A DNA stretch of 47,900 nucleotides from contig JAYWEV010000241.1 in the NCBI GenBank assembly GCA_043779145.1, positions 1-47,900 of the forward strand. The letters run 5' to 3'. Numbering within the stretch: the first letter of the stretch is position 1; every line of letters begins with the position of its first letter. Positions 29,834 through 40,609 of this stretch are shown here, piece after piece. The translations under genes and the position numbers were made by a program. This DNA comes from Aestuariivirga sp. (GTDB taxonomy: Bacteria > Pseudomonadota > Alphaproteobacteria > Rhizobiales > Aestuariivirgaceae). Under the pieces are notes generated by a model, which searched no databases, was not told where the DNA came from, and saw nothing but the letters and a program-made list of their open reading frames with translations.

Positions 29834-30898
29834 ATGGGGCAAGCCGCACTTAAGGTTGTTGATTCTTCGATGGATAAAACTAAGGCACTGGAAGCCGCTT
29901 TGAGCCAGATTGAACGGGCTTTTGGCAAAGGCTCCATCATGAAATTGGGTGCTAATCAAGTACTTGAAATTGAATCAATTTCCACTGGTTCGCTGGGATT
30001 GGATATTGCTTTGGGCATTGGCGGTTTGCCAAAGGGTCGGGTTGTTGAAATTTACGGCCCTGAATCATCGGGCAAAACCACTTTGGCGTTGCAGACGATT
30101 GCTGAATGCCAAAAGCTTGGAGGCATTTGTGCGTTTATCGATGCTGAGCATGCGCTTGATCCGATTTATGCGCGCAAACTGGGTGTGAATGTCAGCGATC
30201 TTTTAATCTCACAACCTGATACAGGCGAGCAGGCTTTGGAAATTGCTGATACGCTGGTGCGCTCTGGCGCGGTTGGAATTTTGGTCATTGATTCTGTTGC
30301 GGCTCTTACTCCCAAAGCTGAACTTGAAGGCGAGATGGGCGATAGTTTGCCTGGTCTGCAAGCGCGATTGATGAGCCAAGCTCTGCGCAAATTGACGGGT
30401 TCGATTTCGAAATCGAATACGATGGTGATTTTCATCAACCAAATTCGTATGAAGATTGGTGTGATGTTTGGCAGCCCTGAAACGACAACCGGCGGTAATG
30501 CGCTTAAGTTTTATGCTTCGGTTCGTCTGGATATTCGCCGCATTGGCGCAATCAAAGACCGTGAAGAAGTGGTGGGTAACCAGACACGTGTGAAGGTTGT
30601 TAAGAATAAGGTTGCTGCACCATTCAAGATGGTGGAATTTGACATTATGTATGGCGAGGGCATTTCCAAGGTTGGCGAACTCGTCGATTTAGGTGTGACT
30701 GCTGGCGTGGTTGAAAAATCTGGCTCTTGGTATTCTTACAGTGGTGAGCGCATTGGGCAGGGCCGCGATAATGCCAAGGTTTTCCTTAAAAATAACCCCG
30801 ACATGGCCAATAAAATCGAAGCGCAGATTAGAGCTAATTCTGGCTTGATTGCCGCAAAGATTACTGATGGTTCTGCTAAAGATGATGAAGATAACTAA
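29834..30898 (+). CDS. recA: Recombinase A
   Basis: [36 protein letters not shown] before ATG 29834. Confidence 0.99.
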   Translation: MGQAALKVVDSSMDKTKALEAALSQIERAFGKGSIMKLGANQVLEIESISTGSLGLDIALGIGGLPKGRVVEIYGPESSGKTTLALQTIAECQKLGGICAFIDAEHALDPIYARKLGVNVSDLLISQPDTGEQALEIADTLVRSGAVGILVIDSVAALTPKAELEGEMGDSLPGLQARLMSQALRKLTGSISKSNTMVIFINQIRMKIGVMFGSPETTTGGNALKFYASVRLDIRRIGAIKDREEVVGNQTRVKVVKNKVAAPFKMVEFDIMYGEGISKVGELVDLGVTAGVVEKSGSWYSYSGERIGQGRDNAKVFLKNNPDMANKIEAQIRANSGLIAAKITDGSAKDDEDN

Positions 30899-31014
30899 TA
30901 GTTTGCCGTCATCGCAGTGTCATGAATTAAGTTTGTAAGTTTGTATCCCAAGTTTCAGCCCCAGTTGGGTTGAACACGCGAGGTTTGCCCCACAACTCAA
31001 GGCCTCGCAACTCC

Positions 31015-31047
31015 AAGCCCCCCGTTTCGCCTTCGGGGGGCTTTTTT
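31015..31047 (+). terminator. Intrinsic terminator
   Basis: AAGCCCCCCG-loop-CGGGGGGCTTTTTT. Confidence 0.8.
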
Positions 31048-31163
31048 ATGTTTTCTCAATGTAGCCCCACAAACATAGAAATTGTGGACAGTGCCATTGT
31101 GACCCCTTAAACAGCCCAACACTGATTGAGCGGAATAATCTGCTTTCACTATTGGATTGTAAC

Positions 31164-33821
31164 ATGACGGGCCTGGCGCAAATTCGTTCGACATTTTTGG
31201 ATTACTTCAACAAGCAGGGACATGAAATTGTAGCCTCGTCTTCATTGGTGCCACGCAATGATCCGACTTTAATGTTTGCCAATTCCGGTATGGTGCAATT
31301 CAAGAATGTCTTTACAGGAGCAGAAAAGCGCCCCTATAGCCGCGCCACGACCGCACAAAAATGTGTTCGCGCGGGCGGTAAGCACAATGACTTGGATAAT
31401 GTTGGCTACACCGCACGTCATCACACGTTTTTTGAAATGCTGGGGAACTTTTCATTTGGTGATTATTTTAAATCTGATGCGATTGAATGGGCATGGACAC
31501 TGATCACTAAGGAATACGGCCTACCAAAGGAAAAGCTGACGGTCACTGTTTTCCATGAAGATGATGAAGCTCACGCTTTGTGGAAAAAAATTGCGGGCCT
31601 GCCCGATAGCCGCATCATTCGCATTCCAACATCTGATAATTTTTGGTCGATGGGCGATACTGGGCCTTGCGGACCATGTTCCGAAATTTTCTATGATCAT
31701 GGCGATAAAATTCCGGGTGGTCCTCCTGGATCCGCCAATCAAGATGGCGACAGATTCATCGAAATTTGGAATTTGGTGTTCATGCAATTCGAGCAACAAA
31801 GCAAGGATGTGCGGGTTGCTCTACCGCGGCCGTCGATTGATACGGGGATGGGGTTGGAACGTATTTCGGCTGTGCTGCAAGGCACGCATGACAATTATGA
31901 AACAGATTTGTTCCGTGCTCTTATCAGCAATATTGTTGAAAAAACCGGCGTTCCAGCAGAGGGTAAAAATAAGGCTTCGAACCGGGTGATTGCAGATCAT
32001 TTGCGCGCCTCGTCTTTCCTTATTGCTGATGGTGTTTTGCCGTCTAATGAAGGTCGTGGTTATGTTGTACGCCGCATCATGCGCCGTGCGATGCGCCATG
32101 CGGAATTGCTTGGCTGCCGTGAGCCCCTGATGTACAAGCTTGTGCCAGCTTTGGTCCGCGAGATGGGAACTGCTTACCCTGAACTCGTGCGGGGGCAGCC
32201 GATGATTGAAGAGACGCTAAAACTTGAAGAAACAAGATTTCGCAATACGTTACAACGTGGTCTTAAGTTGCTTGATGAAGAATCTGCTGGCTTGAGCCAG
32301 GGTGCCACATTTTCTGGTGACACGGCTTTCAAACTCTATGACACCTTTGGATTTCCGCTTGACCTAACCCAAGATGCACTTCGTTCCAGAGAGATAAGCG
32401 TTGATACTGACGCATTTGGCGTGGCGATGGCCAAGCAGAAGTCGGATGCGCGCGCAGCTTGGAAAGGATCTGGGGAAGCTAAAACCGAAACGGTTTGGTT
32501 TGAAATTCGCGAACGCGTCGGCGGCACTGAATTTTTGGGCTATGACACTGAGACCGCAGAAGGTGAAATATTAGCTTTGACTGCTGATGGCAAAGACGTC
32601 GCTGAACTTAAAACTGGTATGAGCGGTGCAATCATCGTGAACCAAACCCCATTTTACGCTGAGTCAGGCGGGCAGACGGGCGATCATGGTGCCATTAAAT
32701 CTACCGATGGTGGTGTGTTCAAGGTCACCGAAACGCAGAAGCGTTTGGGTGATTTGTTTGTGCATTTAGGCCACGTGGAAAAAGGCAGCTTTAAGCCTGG
32801 CGTTGCAGTTGAATTGCAGGTGGATCACGCACGCCGGCGCGGCAACCGGATGCATCACTCCGCCACACATTTGCTGCATGAAGCTTTGCGACGGGTGCTG
32901 GGAAGCCATGTGGCGCAAAAAGGATCTCTCGTGGAGTCTGGTCGTTTGCGCTTTGACTTTTCTCACACCAAAGGCATGTCGCATGAGGAGCTGATGCAAA
33001 CTGAAGCAATTGCCAATTCAATCATTCTCGAGAATGATGTCGTGACAACGCGGCTGATGTCTGTGGATGCTGCAATTGCAGAAGGTGCCATGGCGCTGTT
33101 TGGCGAAAAATATGGCGATGAAGTGCGTGTTGTATCGATGGGTCGTAACGGCGCTGACCATACGCGCCCGATCTATTCTCTTGAACTTTGCGGCGGCACA
33201 CATGTGGCACGCACGGGTGATATTGGATTGGTGAAGATTGTTGCTGAAAGCGGTTCATCGGCTGGCGTGAGGCGCATGGAGGCACTCGCTGGCGATGCAG
33301 CGCGTAAATATCTCATTCAACAAGACGAACGTGTGCACGCCGCGTCTAATATTTTGAAAGTGGCGCCTGCAGAATTGGTGGCCCGCGTTGAAGTGTTGGT
33401 TGAAGAGCGCCGCAAGATGGAACGCGAACTTGGCGAGGCCCGAAAGGCTTTGGCAATGAGCGGTGGGTCTTCATCAGGCGGGGGGGATGTGACCGAAGTT
33501 AACGGTGTTAAGTTTATCGGACGCATTTTGAAAGGCGTTGCCCCGCAAGATTTGAAGGCCTTGGCCGATGACGGAAAAAAGATTTTGGGCTCTGGCATTG
33601 TGGCCCTCGTTGCAGTCTCCGATGACGGTAAGGGGGCTGTGGTTGTGGCGGTGACAGAAGATTTGACCAAGCGCTTTAACGCCGTTGACCTTGTAAAAGT
33701 TGGATCAATTGCAATGGGCGGAAAAGGCGGCGGGGGCCGGGCAGATATGGCCCAAGCCGGTGGGCCTGATGGGACGAAGGCTGAAGCTTCAATTGCTGCA
33801 ATCAAAGCCGCCATTGTTTAA
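31164..33821 (+). CDS. alaS: Alanine--tRNA ligase
   Basis: [51 protein letters not shown]. Confidence 0.99.
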   Translation: MTGLAQIRSTFLDYFNKQGHEIVASSSLVPRNDPTLMFANSGMVQFKNVFTGAEKRPYSRATTAQKCVRAGGKHNDLDNVGYTARHHTFFEMLGNFSFGDYFKSDAIEWAWTLITKEYGLPKEKLTVTVFHEDDEAHALWKKIAGLPDSRIIRIPTSDNFWSMGDTGPCGPCSEIFYDHGDKIPGGPPGSANQDGDRFIEIWNLVFMQFEQQSKDVRVALPRPSIDTGMGLERISAVLQGTHDNYETDLFRALISNIVEKTGVPAEGKNKASNRVIADHLRASSFLIADGVLPSNEGRGYVVRRIMRRAMRHAELLGCREPLMYKLVPALVREMGTAYPELVRGQPMIEETLKLEETRFRNTLQRGLKLLDEESAGLSQGATFSGDTAFKLYDTFGFPLDLTQDALRSREISVDTDAFGVAMAKQKSDARAAWKGSGEAKTETVWFEIRERVGGTEFLGYDTETAEGEILALTADGKDVAELKTGMSGAIIVNQTPFYAESGGQTGDHGAIKSTDGGVFKVTETQKRLGDLFVHLGHVEKGSFKPGVAVELQVDHARRRGNRMHHSATHLLHEALRRVLGSHVAQKGSLVESGRLRFDFSHTKGMSHEELMQTEAIANSIILENDVVTTRLMSVDAAIAEGAMALFGEKYGDEVRVVSMGRNGADHTRPIYSLELCGGTHVARTGDIGLVKIVAESGSSAGVRRMEALAGDAARKYLIQQDERVHAASNILKVAPAELVARVEVLVEERRKMERELGEARKALAMSGGSSSGGGDVTEVNGVKFIGRILKGVAPQDLKALADDGKKILGSGIVALVAVSDDGKGAVVVAVTEDLTKRFNAVDLVKVGSIAMGGKGGGGRADMAQAGGPDGTKAEASIAAIKAAIV

Positions 33822-33837
33822 GTGGTATCGGCGGAAT

Positions 33838-34323
33838 TTAGGTTTCATGATCTGGATGTTGCAGAGATTTTAGGGTTGCCTGAGCTGTTGCGCGTTTGGT
33901 CTGTGTGTGCTTGCGGTAACTCATGCAATGTCGAGAACTAATGGACACGGCTTTCAACACCAATTTGGCTTTGCAGAGATTTCACTGCGTTCGGATTGTC
34001 CATTGTCCCTACCGCTAGATCAAGGCATGTATCGCCATGTTCAAACATGTACATAGGTGTTCCGCAGCTACCGCAGAAGCCACGCTCTACAACTGCCGAA
34101 GATTTGAATATGTTTGGTTGGCGCCCCTCGTCCATCTAAAGACTGCCAAGCTGACGCGCAATAATACCGCTCCAAAACTTCCGAATGCTTATTGGCACAT
34201 CCGGCAATGGCAAAGTTCAGTTGAACCCAGCGGGCCGCCGAACTCATAACGCAGAATGCCGCACTGGCAACCACCGCTAAAATGAATGTTGTTTACATCG
34301 TTTGAGTTTTTATGATCGTTCAT
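33838..34323 (-). pseudogene. GFA (CENP-V) family pseudogene
   Basis: GGCQCG...CHCRMCQ* (TAA at 34189), then AFGSFG, a frameshift near 34120 into RGFCGSCGTP, and another stop at 33938. Confidence 0.85.
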
Positions 34324-34447
34324 TAGCAAGTTGTTTACCATATGGTTGTCAAGATTGCACATTGAGAGCCAATAATTTCCCTGGGGAGGGAGCTGGGGGG
34401 CGGAAGGCTTCTGTCGCCATCCTAATACTCGGAATATTGGATGGGCA

Positions 34448-36298
34448 ATGGCAATTGATACGGGCTTAACGATCATGGTCAAAATTATCAACGCGCGTAC
34501 AGCAGGCTACCGGCTCGCTTGGATTGTGGTTGTTCTCTTCATTCCTATTATATATCTGGGAATACATACAGGAGCGGCATTGCGCGCTGATTATGTGACA
34601 ATACAAAGCGAAATCGCGGGTTCTAATTATATTAATGTGCTGAGCCCAGTCATGCTCGACGCGGTTGATCAACAAGTCAAACCGAACACAAAAAAAATGT
34701 TTGAAAGAGATTCTGCTGTTTACTCTGCCAAGCTTGGTTTGACTAAAGACAACGTAAACTTAATCCAGCTGATAAATAATCCAGCCGTTGATCATGATTT
34801 AATTATCAATCAAACGTTGAATTTGCATTCGCGCGTGGGAACCGCATCTGGAATTTCCTATACGCGCGATCCCGAAAGTTATCACATTGGCGTTTTGATT
34901 ACTGAGGACGTTCCCAAGGCGATTTCAGATTTCCATCATTTAAAAGATGTTGTTCTCAATGCTTCCAATGAAATAAAAAATCATGATGCAAATGAAATTA
35001 TTCTTGCATTGGGTAGTCTCACATCTTCAATGAAGCGAGTTCAAGTGTCGCTGGAGTCAGCAACATCTGCCAGTATTGATCACGCTTCATTTAACGAGTT
35101 GCTCAGCATATCAACCAGCATCAAGACAGAGATGAATCATATGGCGGAAATCGGGATGGCGATGGGGCCAAGTCCGAGCGCCGGTGGTGCGGATTTTGTA
35201 AAGACGGCGCTTATTCATAAAATCAATAATGTAAATGAAAGATGGATGGCTGATTTCAGATTTATGTCAGAAAAGCTCCGTCAGAAATTCGATACTTCGG
35301 CGCACCTTCGCGCTGGGGAAATTCAATCACGGACTTTATCTACTCTTCTGATGTCCATTGCGACGGTGTTTCTTGGGCTTGGTTCTGCCATTGCCATGTA
35401 TCGCTCTACGCTGCGTCATCTCGATCAGGTTGAGGCTTCAAAGTCTGTTGCGGAAGATGCGCGAATTCAGGCGGAGCAAATGTCCAAACATGTCTCGAAG
35501 ATTAATGATGATATGGTGCGCGTTAACGGTGAACTGGCAACCAACATGCAGATGTTGAAAGACGCTCAAGATGCATTGGTTAAGAAAGGGCGCATGGAGC
35601 AAATGGGGCAGCTGACCGCAACCATTGCTCATGAGCTACGTAATCCGCTGGGGGCTGTACGTACTTCGGCATTTTTAATCGAACGCAAAATCAAGGGAAA
35701 GGAACTGGGGATCGAACCTCAAATTGCTCGGATCAATAACGGTGTTACGCGTTGTGATGATATCATTACGCAACTGTTGGATTTTTCGCGCTCTAAAAAA
35801 CTCTCTTGTCGTTCAGAGAACTTAGACAACTGGCTTGAAAAAATTATCTCAGAAGAAGCAAACCAGTTACCTGCGGTTGTCGCAATTGATTGTCTGCTTG
35901 GGATGAAAGACGTCGAAGTTCCGTTCGATCCTCCCCGGCTGCAACGGGCGATTATCAATCTGGTTTCAAATGCTTCAGAAGCCATGGTTGGTAATGGCGA
36001 GGATGCAAGTCGGTTCACCACAGCTGCGCCACGAATTACGATAACTACAAAAATGAACGATGGATTTGCTCTGATCGCGATAAAAGATAATGGCATCGGT
36101 ATTTTGCCAGAAAATCTTGAAAAAATTCGTGAGCCGCTGTTCACGACGAAGAGTTTTGGAACCGGGCTTGGTTTGCCTGCGGTCGACCAGATCGTTATTC
36201 AGCATGGCGGCGTTTTGGAAATACACTCTGAACTGGGGAAGGGCGCCACCTTTACAATCAAGCTTCCACTTCAAAGCAGCGTCGAACAAGCGGCCTGA
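34448..36298 (+). CDS. Membrane-bound sensor histidine kinase
   Basis: Two TM flanking a large helical periplasmic region; AHELRNPLG H-box; N, G1, F and G2 boxes. Start may be 34475. Confidence 0.93.
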   Translation: MAIDTGLTIMVKIINARTAGYRLAWIVVVLFIPIIYLGIHTGAALRADYVTIQSEIAGSNYINVLSPVMLDAVDQQVKPNTKKMFERDSAVYSAKLGLTKDNVNLIQLINNPAVDHDLIINQTLNLHSRVGTASGISYTRDPESYHIGVLITEDVPKAISDFHHLKDVVLNASNEIKNHDANEIILALGSLTSSMKRVQVSLESATSASIDHASFNELLSISTSIKTEMNHMAEIGMAMGPSPSAGGADFVKTALIHKINNVNERWMADFRFMSEKLRQKFDTSAHLRAGEIQSRTLSTLLMSIATVFLGLGSAIAMYRSTLRHLDQVEASKSVAEDARIQAEQMSKHVSKINDDMVRVNGELATNMQMLKDAQDALVKKGRMEQMGQLTATIAHELRNPLGAVRTSAFLIERKIKGKELGIEPQIARINNGVTRCDDIITQLLDFSRSKKLSCRSENLDNWLEKIISEEANQLPAVVAIDCLLGMKDVEVPFDPPRLQRAIINLVSNASEAMVGNGEDASRFTTAAPRITITTKMNDGFALIAIKDNGIGILPENLEKIREPLFTTKSFGTGLGLPAVDQIVIQHGGVLEIHSELGKGATFTIKLPLQSSVEQAA

Positions 36299-36331
36299 AG
36301 CGATCTATGATATTATCCAGGGAAATACTTT

Positions 36332-37861
36332 ATGAACTTGAAAGTTAATAAGCATCCTCAACTATCCGCTGAGACCCTGTACCAGATATTAGACCAACTT
36401 CCGACGCCTATCTATGTGAAGGACGAACAGCTTAGATATGTTTTTTCTAACAAAAAACACTGTGAAATGGTAGGCAAAAGTTCTGAAGAACTCATTGGCC
36501 TTTCTGACAACGAAATTCATCCCCCCGAACTGTCCAAAGCTTTTATTGAAGACGACATGGGCGTTATGAACGGTGATACGGCAATCGTTAAAGAAGAACA
36601 GGTTCGTTACTCGGATGGAACTACGCGTCACGTTGTTTCGCGCAAGGCTAAACTCATATGTGAAAATGGCACTGCACTACTTATTGGCACGAATAGTGAT
36701 TTGACTGCTGCTAAAAAACGCGAAGAACAATATTTTGCACTTGCGCAGACAGTTCCCGTAGGCGTTATGCAAATCGAAGAGACGGGCAGCATTACTTTTT
36801 TCAATCCTTTGATGCAGAGTTATCTGAACACAGACGTGCATGCAATGGATGCAGCAGATATGCGCAAGATTTTGGGCAGACCAACCGAGGAATTCCCTGG
36901 TGTTGCCAGTAATTTTGAATGCTCATTTAAATCATATGATGGTAAGATCCGGCGGTTTCTGATTATCAGTTCGGGCTGGTCTATTCTTGGTAAGGGGACA
37001 AATCGCGCAGCTATCGTGAGCATGGTGGATGTTTCGGAAAATGTAGAATTAAAACGTATCAACGAAGAAATTCTGCGTCTTAATACTGAGCTAGCCAGCA
37101 ATATGCGTCTGTTGAAAGAAGCCCAAGATGCATTGGTTAAAAAAGGTCGGCTTGAGCAGATGGGGCAATTGACGGCCACAATAGCCCATGAACTTCGCAA
37201 TCCTCTGGGTGCCGTGCGCACCTCGGCGTTTGTTATGGAAAAGAGATTAAAAAATTCTGGACTTGATCTTGATGCACAATTCAACCGGATTAAAAACGGG
37301 GTTACCCGCTGTGATAACATCATTGCGCAGCTCTTGGATTTTTCCCGTGGCAAGCAGCTCGATTGCAAGCTGCTCAATTTTGATGACTGGCTTTCAAGGG
37401 TTGTCGAGGAGGAAGCGGCGCGCCTTCCTGTAAATGTAAACATAAAATGTCTGCTTGGCCTTGGCGGTTTGCATGTTTCGTTTGATCCAGGACGACTACA
37501 ACGCGCAATCCTTAATTTAATTTCAAATGCTTCTGAAGCAATGGTCGGGATTGACGGTTCGGCCGCGAAATCGAGCGCACCGGAAGCTTTGATTACGCTT
37601 TTAACTGGTTTGGATGGGCCTTTCGTTACAATTAAAGTGAGCGACAATGGACCAGGAATGACTGCTGATATTGTTGGCCGCATCCGTGAACCATTGTTTA
37701 CCACGAAAAGTTTTGGAACAGGCTTGGGTGTGCCAGTTATTGAGCAGGTGGCGGCTCAACACGGGGGCTCACTTTCGATTGAATCAGCAATTGGCGAAGG
37801 GAGCAGCTTTACGCTCCGGTTACCAATCTACGAAGCAGCCTCCCTCCAGATATCCGCATAA
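36332..37861 (+). CDS. Cytoplasmic PAS-PAS histidine kinase
   Basis: PTPIYVKD..LRYVFSN PAS and a second PAS; AHELRNPLG H-box; EPLFTTKSFGTGLG. Confidence 0.93.
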   Translation: MNLKVNKHPQLSAETLYQILDQLPTPIYVKDEQLRYVFSNKKHCEMVGKSSEELIGLSDNEIHPPELSKAFIEDDMGVMNGDTAIVKEEQVRYSDGTTRHVVSRKAKLICENGTALLIGTNSDLTAAKKREEQYFALAQTVPVGVMQIEETGSITFFNPLMQSYLNTDVHAMDAADMRKILGRPTEEFPGVASNFECSFKSYDGKIRRFLIISSGWSILGKGTNRAAIVSMVDVSENVELKRINEEILRLNTELASNMRLLKEAQDALVKKGRLEQMGQLTATIAHELRNPLGAVRTSAFVMEKRLKNSGLDLDAQFNRIKNGVTRCDNIIAQLLDFSRGKQLDCKLLNFDDWLSRVVEEEAARLPVNVNIKCLLGLGGLHVSFDPGRLQRAILNLISNASEAMVGIDGSAAKSSAPEALITLLTGLDGPFVTIKVSDNGPGMTADIVGRIREPLFTTKSFGTGLGVPVIEQVAAQHGGSLSIESAIGEGSSFTLRLPIYEAASLQISA

Positions 37862-38010
37862 AGAAACTTGTTGGTAACCCTAGTCGTTAAGGCTGTGTTA
37901 GTGATGAGCAACTTAGATTTAAAACGGGAAGAGAGTAGTACTGGGTTTTAATTTGTTCAGGCGCATGAAATCGCTGAGCAAACTTTAACCCTCTCATAGG
38001 ATGTGAAGCA

Positions 38011-38736
38011 ATGGTTCGCGCGTTAAAAATTCTAATTGCAGATGACGATGTTGATAACGCCGCTTCACTGGGCGAGCTATTTGAGATGGAGGGCCATGAA
38101 GCTGTTGTCGTCCATTCGGGTGATGCAGCTGTTGAAGCATATCATTTCCATACCTTCGACCTAGCATTTATGGATGTGATGATGCCGGGAAAAAACGGTG
38201 TTGAAAGTTTTCTCGAAATTCGAAAATCATGCCCTCATGCCAAGGTTTACATGATGACTGGATACAGCGTTGAGCAACTTTTGCGACAAGCCACTGATAA
38301 TGGTGCGATGGGGGTTTTAACAAAGCCCGTTAACATCGATAAGGTTTCTAATGCTCTCAAAGAAGCAGGTAGTAGCGGAATAGTTGTTGTTGCAGAAGAT
38401 GATCCTGATTTTGGCAATCACTTGATGCGAATCGTTAATAGCGGCGGGCATGTTTGTAAGCTGGTTCAAAGCAGTAAAGAGACCGCACTTTATTCTTGGG
38501 GTCGCGGGGGCGACATCATGATATTTGATTTGAAAAAGCCACTCATCGACGGCGTGGAAGTTATCAGTGAGCTACGCCGGACGGGGCGTATTGCTCCCGT
38601 CATTATTATAACGGCAGAAGGTCCAGAGTATCACGATACGATTGAAGCCATGCAAGATATTCGCGTGACTGGTATTTTGAACAAACCTTTTGATCCTTTA
38701 GTTTTATTGAATCAGCTCGAAAATTTAGCAGCTTAG
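38011..38736 (+). CDS. Response regulator with two tandem receiver domains and no output domain
   Basis: ILIADDD/FMDVMMP/MTG/KP, then VAEDD/IFDLKKP/ITA/KP. Confidence 0.9.
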   Translation: MVRALKILIADDDVDNAASLGELFEMEGHEAVVVHSGDAAVEAYHFHTFDLAFMDVMMPGKNGVESFLEIRKSCPHAKVYMMTGYSVEQLLRQATDNGAMGVLTKPVNIDKVSNALKEAGSSGIVVVAEDDPDFGNHLMRIVNSGGHVCKLVQSSKETALYSWGRGGDIMIFDLKKPLIDGVEVISELRRTGRIAPVIIITAEGPEYHDTIEAMQDIRVTGILNKPFDPLVLLNQLENLAA

Positions 38737-38750
38737 TGTCGGAGATAAGA

Positions 38751-39116
38751 ATGGGGCGCGCTCTTAATATATTGGTTCTTGATGATGACGTCGAGAATGC
38801 AGACTCAATTGCGGAATTGTTTGCAACTGATGATCACAAAGTAATTGTTGCTTACAACGGTCAGGAAGCAATTGAAGCGTTCTCATTGAACAAGGTTGAT
38901 GTTGGCTTTTTTGATGTGATGATGCCTGGCAAAAACGGCGTTGAAAGCTTTATGGAAATTAAAGCTTCGCACCCTGACGCGCGGATTTATTTTATGACTG
39001 GGTATGCCGCCAATGATTTGCTTGATAGGGCGCGTGAGAACGGTGCATTGGGCGTTTTCAGCAAACCGACTGATCCGGCAAATTTGCTTGATGTCTTAGA
39101 CAGCGAAGCCGCTTAA
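38751..39116 (+). CDS. Single-domain response regulator
   Basis: ILVLDDD, FFDVMMPGKNG, FMTG, KP. GGAG RBS before ATG 38751. Confidence 0.9.
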   Translation: MGRALNILVLDDDVENADSIAELFATDDHKVIVAYNGQEAIEAFSLNKVDVGFFDVMMPGKNGVESFMEIKASHPDARIYFMTGYAANDLLDRARENGALGVFSKPTDPANLLDVLDSEAA

Positions 39117-39135
39117 GCCCTTAAATTTCAGATTT

Positions 39136-39171
39136 GGCCGATCACCCGAAGCTTCCGTGATCGGCCTTTTT
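39136..39171 (+). terminator. Intrinsic terminator between convergent genes
   Basis: GGCCGATCAC-loop-GTGATCGGCC-TTTTT. Confidence 0.75.
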
Positions 39172-39174
39172 GTT

Positions 39175-40386
39175 TTAAGCCATTGCTGTTTTTAAGTTCG
39201 CGTCTACGGCGTCAATAAAGCCTTCAGTCGTCAACCATTGTTGATCAGGGCCGACAAGCACGGCCAGATCTTTTGTCATTTTGCCTTGCACGATTGTCTC
39301 AACGGTTACGCGTTCGAGCGTATCTGCGAACTTCAAAAGTTGTGCATTGTCATCAAGCTTCGCACGATGTTTCAAGCCGCCCGTCCAAGCGTAGATAGAT
39401 GCTGTGGAGTTGGTTGATGTAGCTTTGCCCTGTTGGTGCAGGCGGTAATGGCGCGTCACTGTACCGTGAGCTGCTTCTGCTTCAACGGTTTTGCCATCAG
39501 GTGTAAGCAACACAGACGTCATCAAACCCAGTGAGCCATAGCCTTGCGCCACGAGATCAGACTGCACATCGCCATCATAGTTCTTACATGCCCAAATGTA
39601 ACCGCCAGTCCACTTCATGGCAGAGGCCACCATGTCGTCGATCAAGCGGTGTTCATAAGTGATCCCAGCTTTTTCATAGTCCGCTTTGTATTCAGCGTCA
39701 TAGATAGCTTGGAAAATGTCTTTAAAGCGACCGTCATATGCTTTCAAAATGGTATTCTTGGACGAGAAGTAGACTGGTAGTTTGCGTTGAAGCCCATAAG
39801 TGAGGGAGGCACGTGCAAATTCCTTGATCGAGTCGTCGAGGTTATACATGGCCATGGCAACGCCAGCGCCGGGGGCTTTAAACACTTCCTTCTCGATCAC
39901 TGCACCATCTTCGCCCACGAATTTCATCGTGAGTGTGCCTTTGCCGGGGAAGAGGAAATCTGTGGCGCGATATTGATCACCGAAAGCGTGGCGGCCGATG
40001 ATGATGGGTTTTGTCCAGCCAGGCACAAGGCGTGGCACGTTTTGGCAAATGATAGGCTCGCGGAAAATCACGCCGCCCAAAATATTACGGATGGTGCCGT
40101 TGGGCGACTTCCACATTTGCTTGAGGCCAAATTCTTTAACGCGCGCTTCATCTGGCGTGATGGTGGCGCATTTCACGCCCACGCCATATTGCTTGATCGC
40201 GTTGGCGGCATCGACGGTGACCTTGTCATCGGTAGCATCGCGGTGTTCCATGCCGAGGTCATAATATTTCAAATCAATATCGAGATAAGGCAGGATCAGC
40301 TTTTTCTTGATCAAATCCCAAATGATACGCGTCATTTCATCGCCATCGAGTTCAACAACAGGGTTGGCGACTTTTATCTTGTTCAT
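39175..40386 (-). CDS. icd: NADP-dependent isocitrate dehydrogenase
   Basis: [38 protein letters not shown]. Confidence 0.98.
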   Translation of the reverse strand: MNKIKVANPVVELDGDEMTRIIWDLIKKKLILPYLDIDLKYYDLGMEHRDATDDKVTVDAANAIKQYGVGVKCATITPDEARVKEFGLKQMWKSPNGTIRNILGGVIFREPIICQNVPRLVPGWTKPIIIGRHAFGDQYRATDFLFPGKGTLTMKFVGEDGAVIEKEVFKAPGAGVAMAMYNLDDSIKEFARASLTYGLQRKLPVYFSSKNTILKAYDGRFKDIFQAIYDAEYKADYEKAGITYEHRLIDDMVASAMKWTGGYIWACKNYDGDVQSDLVAQGYGSLGLMTSVLLTPDGKTVEAEAAHGTVTRHYRLHQQGKATSTNSTASIYAWTGGLKHRAKLDDNAQLLKFADTLERVTVETIVQGKMTKDLAVLVGPDQQWLTTEGFIDAVDANLKTAMA

Positions 40387-40609
40387 GGTGGCCTCGGAGA
40401 TTGAGTTGATTTCAGGGCGCTATAGCAGGGGAAATGTAGTTGGGCAATTCAAGGTTTAGAATACCAAGCGAGCGCTTTCATTTCTATGTTTTTAATCCAA
40501 GCTGATTTTTTCGTCTGAATAATGATGCGAACTATTTGGATATAAATCACGCGCCCAGCTTTCACTTACCGTATAACATTTTGAGATTTTTTGACACCAT
40601 GCCAACATC

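Noticed and set aside
36820-37704. Long antisense ORF (294 aa), and similar shadows at 3751-4284, 7631-8236, 16159-16866 and 39787-40404
   Set aside because: Antisense or alternate-frame shadows of well-supported genes, with no recognisable motifs.
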